A DNA stretch of 63,177 nucleotides, counting the filler, from Atractiella rhizophila (lineage: Eukaryota), in the NCBI GenBank assembly GCA_021432655.1. It is 3 parts of 3 records of this genome, joined end to end, with 100 filler letters (N's around TTAATTAATTAA, not from the genome) between each part and the next. Parts side by side here need not be neighbours in the genome. Positions count along the whole stretch, not along the records: positions 37,424 to 63,177 come from MU271520.1; 2 more parts are not named here. The stretch is one strand, 5' to 3'. Made by a program: the position numbers and the translations under genes. The notes beneath the pieces were generated by a model that was not told the DNA's origin, ran no database searches, and saw only the letters and a list, made by a program, of their open reading frames with translations. Shown here in pieces: positions 37,434 to 51,645 of the stretch. Every line of letters starts with the position of its first letter. Positions within the stretch are counted from its first letter, which is position 1.

Positions 37434-38866
37434 CTGACGACATTGGAGGCATGAAGCCGTGCTCCCAGGAGGAGGATAGACACATTCCTTTCCACGATCG
37501 GCACAAGCCTTACAAGGCAATCCATTCTCCGATATACATTTTCGTTTTTGCTATCCCAAACCAAAAAAAATTGAATTGTCAGCACTGTGAGCCTGTAAGT
37601 ATGGGACGAGGATGAGACTGACAGCTCTACAAGCGACACAGGAAGTGCCTCTCCTCTTCCTACGTTTATCCTTCCCTTCCTCCGCATTCGGATCCAAAAG
37701 CGCATTCGACGACCTATCCAAAGGGTCCATCCCAAACCCATCCAATCCAGAAGCGGCCGACCTCGAGAGCGCCAACAGGTCCGTGAACTTCCTCCCACCC
37801 TCCCCTGACCCTGCCTGTCCATGTCCGCCTCCGTACTGTGCTGCTGCCTCCCCATTTCCGCTCCCACTCGCACCAGCACCCGCCCCCGAGCTCAGATTGA
37901 TATTGATATCGTGCCTCCTCGATAGCGTGTCGCCTGTTCCTCCTCGCATGTCGACGTCCCCTGATTGGTCCCCAGCTAGCTGGTCCTCTTCGTAAGACTC
38001 CTCCCTCAATCCTCCAACTGGCGGAGCTCTCGTGGACGCTGGTGCTGATGCTGATGCTGATGGGGGGTAAGGGCTTGCAAGTTGGAATTGCGCAAGGTGA
38101 GGAGGATAACTGTTATTCGGGACGGGAGATCCTTGCTGGTGCTGAACGGAATTCGAGGACGAGGACATGTAGAGGTTGTTATGGTCAGGGGAACCGGTTT
38201 CGATGGTCGTCGAGAGAGAAGGATTAGGATTAGGGAGGGGATCTGATATAGCAATACAAGGTCGAACCCGACGGGTTTTGGTTGTCAGGACGGGGATGGG
38301 CTAAGGGTGGAAGGGGGGAGGGAGGAAGGACTGACCGCGTTTGTGATTATGGCGTTTATATAGAGAGGCGGGAACGCATTCCTTCCCATGCGCCTGACAC
38401 ATCATGCAGGAGCTTTCATTTTCCGCCTTTTCGCACTTGGTCTTTTGCTAAATAAATACAATCCAATCCGGAACCCAACCCAAAACCGAAGCAAAAAGTT
38501 CAAAGTCAGCGAAACCGAGCTCTTGACTACCGCCCTTACCCGCGCACATACTAACCATACCACGGTAGAGTGGGGTAGTATTAGCCGGGAGGAGGTTATT
38601 TTGGGCTGGAGACAGAAAGGGGGCGGGAAACCATGTTCTCGTACTCACCATTTTACAGAATTGACAACTCGAAGGCTTTGAAGCCGGGACGATACATTCC
38701 TTTCCTCCGTCGAGGCAGGATTTGCAGGGGATACCGTTATCGAGGATGCATTTCTTTTTTTGCTGTATGTCGTCGTTATCCGTCACCGATCAGATCCTGA
38801 GTCCGGGGAGGAGAGAAAGGAGACGCTCACGCTTCGACAAGCCAGACAGGCGCTCGGTGCGGGCAT
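37434..38866 (-). CDS. multi-Zn(II)2Cys6 transcription factor, 5' part (three complete clusters plus start of a fourth; truncated by contig end)
   Basis: Exons 38866-38831, 38762-38649, 38447-38336, 38242-37623 and 37550-37434 have GT-AG boundaries and join in one frame, giving three CX2CX6CX7-8CX2CX6C motifs and a final CLQCRQ. Confidence 0.85.
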
Positions 38867-41601
38867 GGTTGCTTGACTTGCTCAACTCGACGATGGAGGA
38901 ATTGGTAGGATTGACGGATGGATGGATCTGTGGTGCCTTCTTGGTAACCAACCGTTTAATCCTACGAGACGACAGGATCAGGCTACTGAGACTATTAAGC
39001 TACTGGTGTGATTGAAGGTGGGATAGGAAATGTGCGCTACGGAAGGAGCGGAAGCGGTGTAACGTACGCAAAGGGAAATCATAAACCAAGCCAAGATGGG
39101 GCAGCTCCTAAAGCAAACCAAGGAAGAGGAAGCGGAGAGAAAAGGAAAGACGGAGAGGAGGACACCTTGCTCTTAAAGGGTGGCTAAGTTTGGTCTCGAG
39201 TTCCGCGCGATCACAGTAAGCTCATGATCAGTGGATCACTGGAATTCTGCGGCAGAAGCACCACGAAGGAATATGTCAAGTGTCAAGAATCTGCAAAGTG
39301 GACGGGGGCGGGGGCAACGCCAAAGTTAGAGTGCATATCGGCACTCCAATTGTTCGCCCGAGTTTACGTGCCAAAGCCAATGCCAAAACTGGGAAACCTT
39401 CTCTTCCATCCGGTTGAAGCGTCACCGCCTCACCTGCTCATGATCGTCATCCTCACTCGCATCGGATCGGAGGAGACCAATCAATCGGAAGGACCACAGA
39501 GGGACGTCTTCCACGCTCACAAATGAGCCATAAAACCAATTTGTGGCTCACGACAAGACCGCCACCGACTTTGACCAACCGACTTGACAGGCTGAAAGCA
39601 GCAATACTCCGCTTTCAGCTCATCCATCTCATTTCATCGTGGGGACGGTCACACCCTTGTCCAGACTTGTCCTTGTCTGTCTCTAAGCAGTTGTCCTCCA
39701 CTTCAACCTTCTGCTGCTCGGCATCTCATTTTCAAACTCCTCTTTCTCTTTTCGCCTATCAAAATCAAAAGAGCAGAGAGATTGAGGCCTCGGGAAGTGC
39801 GAATTACCCGTTGGATTTCCATTCGGAAGAGACGGTTTTACGCCGGCGTTGGAAACTAATTGGACCTCCGCTCCTTCCCAAGGCCAAATTCTGGGGTAAT
39901 GGGGTAAAGCGAACAACGCGGCCGTAAAAAAATCAATCCATCCATCCGTCCAAACACCAATTGCTTTCCTCCTCGGGAACATTTCAAGTCTAGGCAGTAT
40001 TCTAAGTGTGCTGTGGGGGAACAAGAACACACAGCTGGAAAGTCCTGTGAAGAGAGAGAACGCGTGACGGAGGTAACGAAAAGGGACCTCGATCGAATAA
40101 AGTGTAATCTCGAAATAGAACTAAGAACTGTGGCGGGAGGGAGGGAAAGAGAACGTGAAAGGTGAAAGGAAAAGGTGAAAGGGAAAGCGGGCCGTCCTCT
40201 CCTCCTTCTTTCTCGGTCGGTACACGGCAGACGATCGGTCTGGATGAGATGGATGAAGAGATGAGGGGATGACGAGATGGAGCACAGCCGGAAACATTCC
40301 GTTCTCCCAGAACGCATTCGCAGCAGATTCGGTGACGGAGTGAATGAAGAGTGGGTCAAATGGAGATCCCTTTCCGAATCAATCTCTCCCTTCTCGTGAC
40401 TCAATCCGCTCCCGACGTGACAGCAGCTCGAGACCCAAATTCCAAGTCTAAGGTGAAGCTATGAAGTCTCGAATGAGAAACTCGAATTGAACGAGAATCC
40501 TTGAGTGCTTGAATGAAGGCGAAGAGAATACATAGACTGAATTAAAAATGCAAGGAATGGAGAAATCAATTGGAATTGAAGGAGAATCCGAATCCGGGAC
40601 TGAAATTTACTGAAACCTGAGAAGAATGAGAAAAACTTCTCCTTGGAGGTAGCAACATTTGCTCTTTCCATTCCGAACGGGTTCCTCCGCCTTCTCCTCC
40701 CGCCGATCGAGAGCATCGAGAAGAGCATCTGCTTCAATGCATCGCGGACAAGATTGAAACCTGAAATTACCCCTGAATACTGAATGACGATCGGAAGGAG
40801 TAACACTAGTAACACTGAAGCGATGTCTTACGGCCACCACTCCGAGAGGCGGAGGCGAGCTTCCCGGCACAGGTGCTTCATCTGTTCGAGTAGGCTCTCT
40901 GAACTCGAACTCGACGTGGAAGGAAGAAAGAAAGTTAAGGAACGATATTTCGGCACGGAATAGACAATCCAAGGCGAAGAAGCACTGAGAGAACGAATGA
41001 GAAAGAATGAGCTCACCTTGGATTAGGATTGATGAAGTCAAGGTAGAGGGGAAGGTAGAAGTGGGAGAGACAGGTGGCGTAAGGTGTTCCGAGAGTGACA
41101 AGGAAAGAGGAGGCAACTTGAACGTCGGTCGCTCCTTTTTACGAGCGACGGAACTCAATCCCGTCCTCTCGATCGCCTCGTATCGTACATCCACTCCGGA
41201 CGTTCCCGGTCATCTTGTCCTCTCCGCCGCCGCTGTTTTAGCTTATGCCGATGAATACCAGATTAGGTTCATATCCGGTCGTCTGCCGTGTGCCTGTGCT
41301 CTACCAGGGTAAATAGCGTGAACACAGGCTTAGTCCAGGTGTTGAAGACAAAGACATATGCCAAGCCTGTGCCAAGACCTGTGTGGTCATCGACAAGACA
41401 ACTGTTTCAGATTCAGCAACGACCTCAGGATCGTCCATCATAGCATCCATTTTCGTACTTCTTATTATACACACCACCCCAATTCCACTCCCTCTTTCCA
41501 CCAGTCAGCTTGACAGTATATTCTACTCGAATCCCAATTCGACCATCACTCTCCTTCAGTACAACCAAACACACCATTCCCCATTTTGATCAGGCATCAA
41601 A

Positions 41602-44600
41602 ATGCTGCCCTCCAATCCCCGTCGTCCCCAAAACCCACCTCAGCCATATGCCCAACAGGCAGAGAACTACTCCAACGTCTCCGTTGGTTCTTACGCCAAC
41701 CGTCCTCCCGCCGGAATGCCATCTCAGTCCCAGGAAGCCCTAAACTCCAACTGGTACCCTCCACCGGACCCATATTCGTTGGAGGAGAACGTTCCACTTT
41801 CTCCTAGTAGACGAGGAGGAGGAGGAGGAGGTGCTGGATATCCTCCTACTCCGAATGGGAACTATTTGCCCCCTGGTATGTATTTTGGTTCTAGTTATTA
41901 TATATTTGGGCACATGCAAGACGGAAAGCATAACGGGAAACGTTTTTTCTGATGCGTTGTATTGAATGATGGTGGGTGACAGGGAGGTCGCCGTACCATC
42001 CCCAGATGAACAGACAAGGCTCCAACTCCTCCGAAAACGAAGCCTGGAACCGACGAGCGCGCGCTCCCCAGCGTGGTCTCACCCGTAAAGTGAAGCTGCA
42101 GGTCAGTCTCTTCTCTCCTCTGAGCCGTCCATTCTCATTTGATGAGCTGGCGTGGGACAGAATGGAAACTTCATATCGGACTACAAGGTCCCGAGTGCGA
42201 TCGTCAATGCGACGGAGCAGAAGTGGAAGGCGGGCGTGGGACTTGGGGAGAAGATGAGGGGGGAGGAGAAGGAGTTCACTCATATGAGGTTCGTGTTGCT
42301 TTCATCTTCTTCTACGTGTTCTGTGTAGTGGTGCAGTCAGAGCATGTCAATATGTCACGCCTCTCTGAAGAGGAGAGGTGCGAGAGTAGAGCCACACTGC
42401 ACCAGAGTGAGCGAACAGTACTGTGGATGGATGGATGGAGATTCGCTCTGCAAATGATCAGTTTGCATTGAGGGAATCCGGTGCATTGCGTGACATCCTA
42501 ACCCATGATTGTTGAATTCTCGGACCTTGGATCACTCTATTCTGGGGATGTGGAAGAGCAGCAGCTGACCGAATCGACCGGATAGGTACACGGCGGCGAC
42601 GTGCGATCCCGACGATTTCGTCCCCTCAGCAGGCTGGAATATCCGTCAGAGGATGTGGGGACGAGAGACGGAGCTGTTGATCGCTATCACGTACTACAAC
42701 GAAGATAAGCTCTTGCTCGCTAGGACCCTCCATCACGTCATGCTCAACATCAGAGACATCGTTAAATCCAACAGCAAGTATTGGAAGGGAGACGCTGAAC
42801 GCGCCGGAAGACCCAGCTGGCAGAAGATTGTCGTTTCCCTCATTTTCGATGGCATCGAACCCTGTGATAAGAATTGTTTGGATGTCCTTGCTACCCTTGG
42901 TGTCTTTCAGGATAACGTCATGAAGAAGGACGTGGATGGAAAGGAAACCGTCGCTCACATCTTTGAGGTAAGAAGATTTCCCCCCTTCTTCGCATTCTGT
43001 GGCTCATGATGTGGAATGTAGTATACGACCCAGCTGTCCATCGACACCAGTCTCGCCCTCGTCACTCCTCAACCTAACGATCCTCACAACCTCGTCCCCG
43101 TCCAAATGATCTTCTGTCTGAAGCAAAAGAACTCAAAGAAGATCAACAGCCACAGGTGGCTCTTCCAAGCTCTCGGTCGCTTCCTCGAAGTCAGTCTTCC
43201 CCTTCTCCATAACCCGTCACCCAAACGATCCTGAGACGCATCTAACGGAATGTTGGTTGGTTGGGTGGAATAGCCGAACGTCTGTATCCTCATCGACGCA
43301 GGAACGAAACCGTCCCCAATGTCGCTCTATTATCTCTGGAATGCCTTCCACAACGATAAAAACCTAGGTGGCGCTTGTGGAGAGATCCACGCGATGTTGA
43401 AGGGAGGAAAGAAGCTCCTGAACCCTCTCGTTGCGGCTCAGAACTTTGAATACAAGATGTCGAGTGCGTCTCCTGCCTTCTTCCCCCTATAAAACTCTTC
43501 AAAGTCTCGCCCCGATGCAAAACCCTTGCTGATGAGGCGATAGACATCCTGGACAAACCCCTCGAGTCTTCGTTCGGCTACGTTTCCGTCTTGCCCGGCG
43601 CTTTCTCTGCGTATCGTTACAAGGCTCTCTTGGGAAGGCCCCTCCAACAATACTTCCACGGTGATCACGTCCGTTCTTCCATCCCTTCTATTCTCCTGTT
43701 TTTAACTGACGATTCACGATTTGATGTTGATTGAATAGACTATGGCGGCCCGACTTGGAAAGAAGGGAATCGATGGAATGGGCATCTTTAAGAAGAACAT
43801 GTTCTTGGCTGAAGATCGTATCCTCTGCTTCGAACTCGTGGCTAAGGTTTGTACCCTGTTCCCTTTCTCGTTCCTTGAAAACGTGATGCTCACGTAATTT
43901 CAGGCAGGAGATAAATGGAAGTTGGGATATGTCAAGCCTGCCAAAGGAGAAACGGATGTGCGTCTTTTTTGATGGCTTCTCGGACCTTGGATTTACGTGT
44001 GCTGCTCGGTAAAGGTCCCGGAAGGCGCGGCTGAGTTGATCTCGCAGAGAAGGAGGTGGCTCAATGGCTCTTTTGCCGCTTCCGTATACGCTCTCGTTCA
44101 CTTCACAAGGATGTTCCGCTCCGGGTACGCTTCTAATCCCCCAAACCCCCAAGGTTGGCCGAAAAAAGGGTTAGACATAATGTCATCCGACTCTTCTTCT
44201 TCATCATTCAGGTTAGTACTCTCAGTCCAACAAAGCAGGTACTGAGTGTGTCCTCCATAGGCACTCTACAATCTCTTCCAACTCATCTTTACTTGGTTCG
44301 CTCCTGCCAATCTTTGGTTAACTTGTGCGTGTCTCCTCCTACAAAAAGACTGGAACCTGAAGTGATGTTAAAGTCACCATCATCGTCGATCTCCTTCCCA
44401 AGAACGGTACCTTCCTCTTCGGTACTGAAGAAATCACTCATTGGGTATGACATTTCTCTTCATTGTGGTCATTTACTGATATATCTTAGGTCAACCTTGG
44501 TGCTAAATGGCTCTACCTGGTGGGTAACATATCCACGCCAATGTAATGGTCTAATCCCGGAACTGTTCAGGCTGCTCTCGCTCTGTCCTTCGTTTTGGCT

Positions 44601-45700
44601 CTCGGTTCGTCTCTGTCAATATTCATCAGGTTCTTACTCATCGAATTGGTCAGGAAATCGACCAAAGGGTGAAGCGCCAACTTATATCGCTTGCTTCATC
44701 ATTTTCGCTGTCCTTGCATACTATCTCTTGTGCGTCGCTTGAACTCCACCTGAGATTTTCTAACGAGATCCTAGGGTGTGCGCTGTCATCCTGACTGTCA
44801 AGGCATTCTCGGTTAGCAGTCGTCATAGATGTCCCAAATTATAGCTCACATAGTTGCACAGGCAATCAACTTTACCTCAGCGCCGACGATTCAAGACAAG
44901 GTTCGCGTGCTCCTCACTGGCACAAACGGAGTCCTTTTGGCTGCCTTGGTATCGACTTACGGAATCTACTTCATCTCCAGTTTCCTGTATGCCGACCCCT
45001 GGCACATGTTCACTTCCTTCCCTCAGTACATCGGCCTTGCCCCTTCTTTCACTAACATTCTCAACGTCTATGCTTTCTGCAACTTGCACGACGTATCGTG
45101 GGGTACTAAGGGTGCCGATAAAGGTATGTCCAGTTGCCTTCCAGGAATCCTTTCTCGCCAGGCTAAGAAGGTGCTTAGCGGACGCACTTCCCTCTGTTTC
45201 TTCCACCAAGGAGAAGGATGGAGATGCTGTCGTAGTCGATGAGATCGAGAAGACTCACGAGGATCTGGACAGCCAGTTCAAGGAGACGGTGCAAAGAGCT
45301 GTTGCTCCTATTCCAAAGGTCACGACCGTCGAGAAGCCGAATGTCGACGATCAGAACAGGACGTTCAGGACACGACTTGTGGCTTTATGGATCCTTTGTC
45401 TGTTTCCTGTCCTTTGTTCGTCGAAAATACGCTGATGCTGTTGCTTAGCAAATGCGGCACTCGTCATCGCCATCGAAAACGTCAATGGCTTTGACACGAC
45501 TGCGATTGAACAAGCAGACAAACAGTGCGTCTTTCTTGCCTCAAATGAAGCGGCCCTTATGCTTACATTGTGCATCCGGCAGATCTGCTTACTTTAATGC
45601 CATTCTGTGGGCGACCGCTGGACTGAGCTTCGTTCGATTCTGCGGTTTCTTCCTTTTCTGGCTCAAGAGAAACTTGACCCGATGCTGCCGAAAGACTTAA
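41602..45700 (+). CDS. chitin synthase, division 1 (class III-like), GT2
   Basis: [111 protein letters not shown]. Confidence 0.97.
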
Positions 45701-45947
45701 ACATTTGCTTCTGAGAACAACATCCGATCATCTTGGTTACTCACACTCTTTATACCCTTCATTCTTTTGTCACAAAGTCTGAAGCGATGGACTAGCACAG
45801 TCAGTTTCGCGGTTCAAATAGCTAGAACGGACTCTTTACCGGCCAAGTTTGAACGTATATACAGAATTCTTTGTATATATGACTTTCCAGTACGTATTGT
45901 ACGGTCGCAAGACTTCCGTCCTCCAAATAAGTCTCCTTTTGCCTTGG

Positions 45948-47470
45948 GTCAATGTGGAATGCATCGTTCTTTGCCTCTGCTTCTATAATTCCTTTCGTCG
46001 AAGACCTTCAGTTCAGCAAATGTTCCTTCCCTTCTCGAGCAGGCAAACTTGGAATCAGTGAACCGGTAATGTCATCAGCTAGCTCGTTTATTTCAACCAG
46101 GCAATGGGGCTCCAATATTTCGTACAGAACAGATTACATGACCTCCCACTTGGCCCTCTCCATACCTTCCATCCCATGGTCCATGTTCGAACTATCCCAC
46201 TCCTCAGCCTTCATCTCACAAACACACCCTACATTCCATCTACGACCACATTCACTAGCAGGCAGGATGTTGTCGTAAGCAGGTAAGCTAACATCTTCTT
46301 CCCTCAACCTGCAGGAAGCGATGAAGACTTCCTTTCGATTCACAAGACGGCGTGTCTTCCATTCTCCACGAGATTCTGGACAAGGGGCGAGGGAATAAGT
46401 GAGCGTTAGTTCGAGAGAGTGAGAGTGGCGAATTGGTGTGCTTGAAGTTTGATGTGTTGATGGAGATAAGGAGTGGTGATCTGGAAGCCTACGTTACAAA
46501 GAAAGATGAGCAACAATTGCGTTGAGAAGAGCATGAAAATTAGGATATGTACCTAAAGACCGAAGAATGGTTCCAATGCTCCCCCTCTTCGATCTGCGCA
46601 ATGTAAGCTTCGCTTCCACCTCCTTCATCCGCCGTCCGAAACTTGAACATCCTTTCATTTCCAAAACCAGGCGCGGTGGAAGGAGCCGAAGACCGGTTCA
46701 TCTGCAACAGTACGAGCCTTTCCTCCTTCATCTTCGATTCTTTGCCTTCTTTCGTACACAGCGTCGTCTGTTGCACGACTCCAAATTCCAGGCGTTGAAT
46801 GCGCACGGTGCGGGAAGACGGAAGGTAGGGAAGTGAGAACGTGACGAGGAGAGGAGAGCCGACTGTGAGAAGCCGACAAGAATAGTTTACATCAAACACC
46901 TATCCTCCAAGGGTAAGCTCTTTCGAAAGAAGAGCAGGAACAATTGCGCACTCCGAGGTCTGTTGTGTGGTCGTGAACTCCCAACGAGGTGCTACGAGGA
47001 TCTTCGTTGCCATATGGATTGAGCACCACGAAGATGGGCTGGGTGCTTTCGACGCGAGTGACTCCGAGAGGTGTCTGATAGGACACCAAGCCTGTGATCT
47101 TTTCCCATCAAAGAATTGTCTTCAGCTATAGCCTTGACAAGAAAGAAGAAGCAACACACTTCAAGTCGTACCCGTCCCCATTTCCCCTCCTCAGAAGTCG
47201 CTACTGTACTGGGTAGAGCAATAAGGAACTCCCAAATCTTTTCTCCTCCTCCAACACTTCCTTCTCTCGTTATTGTCATGACCGTTCGGTCGTAGAGTAC
47301 TCTCTTCTCCCACGCTCTGTCTGCCCACAAAACCTCAGCCACATTCTGTATCTTCACCTCCGAAGCATCTACTATCACGCTCCTACCGCTTCGAGGTATT
47401 TGCAGGGTCAAAGTTCCCCTTAGAAGGCACTCTTCACCTGCGGATGATGGAGAAGCTTGGATGATACATT
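45948..47470 (-). CDS. arrestin-fold (alpha-arrestin-like) protein; boundaries approximate
   Basis: LLRGTLTLQIP, WEFLIALPSTVATSEEGKWGRV, PIFVVLNP, IRHSHSLELTLTY, SCRL..EDVSLPAY (PY-like motif). Confidence 0.65.
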
Positions 47471-47897
47471 ATTGGTCCTGTCTCTGCTTTTGTCCCAACA
47501 AAGACAGAAACAGCCTTGGAGATGACCAGAGGCAAAGCATTGTGCGAAACTTTTGCTGAACGCTGAACAGTGTGAAGAAAGGGCTGCCTTTTATAAAGAA
47601 GTTGTTGGGGGAGTCATGGCGTGTCGAGTTCGGTCAATTCACGGCGTGCTGCCCTAGAAGACGAGAAGACGCGATGGTTGGCACATGTAGGTACAAGAGT
47701 TTCCAGATTGAATCTAGCATCTTTCCCGGCGCATCGTCTGCCTTTCAAAGTACAAAACATGGAAGCGTGATGGGACTTGACGTCGATGTAACAGGTTATT
47801 TTGACGAAAGGTCGAAATATGACTGATTCTTCAGCAAATTCAATCAATATGCACAAATTCAGCTTATTCACAGTCCATGTTCGTTTTCTGACCAAAT

Positions 47898-48656
47898 TCA
47901 CTGCTCCTTCCTCGCATGCGCCACCTACAAACACATGAACCCTCATTACAGTCGAACGAGAGAGAAACGGCATACCTTATTCTTGAAAGGAAAGCTGCTA
48001 AGTTTATCGTCCTTCCCACCCTCGACCCTCCTCTTCCTCTTCTCATTCGAGAAAAGGACGACCCAGAAGGCCCAAAAGGCGAAAGCTCCATTGATGCCGC
48101 CAAAGACCTTCATATCCTCTCTCCAGCTCAGCCAGCTGATGGCACCCAGGAACACGGTGAGAACAGTGACGGTTGGAGTGCGGAGGTGCTTCGCGTGCTC
48201 GGAGTCTGAGGGACGGGACATGGATGATGTCACGGGCACCGCGCCGGTTTGGAGGACGAGGAGGAGGGAGAGTGAGAGGAAGGCAAAGCCTGTCAGGGCC
48301 GCGAAGAACTTTTCTAGGTCTTCAAAGTGGAACATATTAGTTATTGGTCTTTAGGACAAGTTGTTGAACGTACCGTTTAGTTCGCGAATGAAGCTTGCGG
48401 TTTTGCCTGCCTCCTTCCCTTCCTTATCCCCTCCAACGTTGATTTCGCTCGTTAAAAGGTTGCTTCCTCCGAGTGCGAGTGCGAGGAACCTGGGAAAGAG
48501 TAGCATAGGAAGAGAGAGTATGGCGAGCCATGCGGAAAGGGAGAAAGTGAACAAGTTGGCAGAAGTGTGATCGGGAGGGAGGTTGGCGTTTTCGACTGCT
48601 TTGGCGAGGGAAGAGTCGGACGAGGTAGGTACGCCGTATAGCTTAGTAGATGACAT
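47898..48656 (-). CDS. small fungal multi-pass membrane protein (C-terminal SSFPFKN motif)
   Basis: Hydrophobic exons 48656-48373 and ~48320-47975, then a last exon ending ARKEQ*. Partial copies at 50259-51420. Confidence 0.7.
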
Positions 48657-48882
48657 TTTGGCGAAATAGTTGCTTTGATAGTAATAGCTGTTGGTGTGGG
48701 AGAGCTGCTGAAATGGACACTCTTATATGGATGGTATGACGTAAGTTTGGGGAACCGCGTGGGATGGCGCAGGACGACGCAGTGCGTCATTGTCCACTTT
48801 TGGCTCGGTTCCAATCTTCGCCACACGGATCCCGCCATCGAAGATCTTCCAGCCCAGCGGACAAGAAAAGACGACCAAGTCC

Positions 48883-49232
48883 ATGTCCAAATCTGACTCT
48901 AACAATCCCAAGATGTCGATGCGTCGTCCAGCCGTCGAAGACTCCTTCGATTCTCGCTCTGGCCCTCCCCCCCCCGCTTATACCATGCAGCACAATACCC
49001 CCTATCCTCAGTCTCCAACGAGCGCAGGAGGCGCATATCCGCCAGCTGGTAGTCAGCAGTATCCGCCTCAGGGATCACAGGCTTATCCTCCCCCCAGTGC
49101 TGCCGGAGGACCGCCTCCACAAGGTGCGAGTGTGCAGAGGGGAGCGAGTAGATTGGGAGAGGATCAGTTGGCTACGCGTGCGTTTTTGCTCTTGGAACTG
49201 CATGTGGGTGTGGAGCGTTAGTCTGATGCATT
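48883..49232 (+). pseudogene. truncated 5' copy of the vWA-domain gene
   Basis: Almost identical to 51646-51995 and breaks off inside intron 1 at the duplication junction. Confidence 0.75.
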
Positions 49233-49850
49233 AGAGCCGACTGTGAGAAGCCGACAAGAATAGTTTACATCAAACACCTATCCTCCAATGGTAAGCTCTT
49301 TCGTAAAGAGAAGCAGGAACAATTGCGCACTCCGAGGTCTGGGGTGTGGTCGTGAACTGCCAACGAGGTGCTACGAGGATCTTCGTTCCCGTATGGATTG
49401 AGCACCACGAAGATGGGCAGGGTGCTTTCGATGCGAGTGACTCCAAGAGGTGTCTGATAGGATACCGAGCCTGTGATCTTTCCCATCAAAGAATTGACAT
49501 CAGCTATAGCTTTGACAAGAAAGAAGCAACACACTTCAAGTCGTACCCGTCCCCATTTCCCCTCCTCAGAAGTCGCTATCGTGCTGGGTAGAGCAACAAG
49601 GAACTCCCAAATCTTTTCTCCTCCTCCAACACTTCCTTCTCTCGTTATTGTCGTGACCGTTCGGTCGTAGAGCACTCTCTTCTCCCACGCTCTGTCCGGC
49701 CACAACACCTCAGCCACATTCTCTATCTTCACCTCCGAAGCATCTACTATCACGCTCCTACTGCTTCGAGGTATTTGCAGGGTCAAAGTTCCCCTTAGAA
49801 GGCACTCTTCGCCTGCGGATGATGGAGAAGCTTGGATGATACATTATTGG
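49233..49850 (-). pseudogene. 5' half of a second copy/allele of the arrestin-like gene, cut at the duplication junction
   Basis: ORF 49265-49786 is nearly identical to 46892-47411. Confidence 0.75.
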
Positions 49851-51645
49851 TCCTGTCTCTGCTGTTGTCCCAACAAAGACAGAGACAGCCTTGGAGATGA
49901 CCAAAGGGAAAGCATTGTGTGAAACTTCTGCTGAACGCTGAACAGTGTGAAGAAAGGGCTGCCTTTTATAAAGAAGTTGTTGGGGGAGTCATGGCGTGTC
50001 GAGTTCGGTCAATTCACGGCATGCTGCCCGAGAAGACGCGATGGTTAGCACATGTAGGTACAAGAGTTTCCAGATTGAATCTAGCTCCAGCATCTTTCTC
50101 GGCGCATCGTCTGCCTTTCAAAGTAAAAGTACAAAACTTGACGTCGATCTAACAGGTTATTTTGACGAAAGGTCGAAATATGACTGATTCTTCAGCAAAT
50201 TCAATCAATATACACAAATTCAGCTTATTCACAGTCCATGTTCGTTTTCTGACCAAATTCACTGCTCCTTCCTCGCATGCGCCACCTACAAACACATGAA
50301 CCCTCATTACGGTCGAACGAGAGAGAAACGGCATACCTTATTCTTGAAAGGAAAGCTGCTGAGTTTATCATCCTTTCCACCCTCGACCCTCCTCTTCCTC
50401 TTCTCATTCGAGAAAAGGACGACCCAGAAGGCCCAAAAGGCGAAAGCTCCATTGATGCCGCCAAAGACCTTCATATCCTCTCTCCAGCTCAGCCAGCTGA
50501 TGGCACCCAGGAACACGGTGAGAACAGTGACGGTTGGAGTGCGGAGGTGCTTCGCGTGCTCGGAGTCTGAGGGACGGGACATGGATGATGTCACGGGCAC
50601 GGCGCCGGTTTGGAGGACGAGGAGGAGGGAGAGTGAGAGGAAGGCAAAGCCTGTCAGGGCCGCGAAGAACTTTTCTAGGTCTTCAAAGTGGAACATATTA
50701 GTTATTGGTCTTTAGGACAAGTTGTTGAACATACCGTTTAGTTCGCGAATGAAGCTTGCGGTTTTGCCTGCCTCCTTCCCTTCCTTATCCCCTCCAACGT
50801 TGATTTCGCTCGTGAGAAGGTTGCTTCCTCCGAGTGCGAGTGCGAGGAACCTGGGAAAGAGTAGCATAGGAAGAGAAAGTATGGCGAGCCATGCGGAAAG
50901 GGCGAAAGTGAACAAGTTGGCAGAGGTGTGATCGAGTTGGAGTGCGGAGGTGCTTCGCGTGCTCGGAGTCTGAGGGACGGGACATGGATGATGTCACGGG
51001 CACCGCGCCGGTTTGGAGGACGAGGAGGAGGGAGAGTGAGAGGAAGGCAAAGCCTGTCAGGGCCGCGAAGAACTTTTCTAGGTCTTCAAAGTGGAACATA
51101 TTAGTTATTGGTCTTTAGGACAAGTTGTTGAACGTACCGTTTAGTTCGCGAATGAAGCTTGCGGTTTTGCCTGCCTCCTTCCCTTCCTTATCCCCTCCAA
51201 CGTTGATTTCGCTCGTTAAAAGGTTGCTTCCTCCGAGTGCGAGTGCGAGGAACCTGGGAAAGAGTAGCATAGGAAGAGAGAGTATGGCGAGCCATGCGGA
51301 AAGGGAGAAAGTGAACAAGTTGGCAGAAGTGTGATCGGGAGGGAGGTTGGCGTTTTCGACTGCTTTGGCGAGGGAAGAGTCGGACGAGGTAGGTACGCCG
51401 TATAGCTTAGTAGATGACATTTTGGCGAAATAGTTGCTTTGATAGTAATAGCTGTTGGTGTGGGAGAGCTGCTGAAATGGACACTCTTATATGGATGGTA
51501 TGACGTAAATTTGGGGAACTGCGCGGGAAGGCGCCGGACGACGCAGTGCGTCATTGTCCACTTTTGGCTCGGTTCCAACCTTCGCCACACGGATCCCGCA
51601 TCGAAGATCTTCCAGCCCAGCGGACAAGAAAAGACGACCAAGTCC

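Noticed and set aside
38900..41600. Short ORFs in the 2.7-kb region between the zinc-cluster gene and chitin synthase
   Set aside because: Low-complexity purine-rich sequence with no motifs or consistent exon chain; more likely promoter/UTR.
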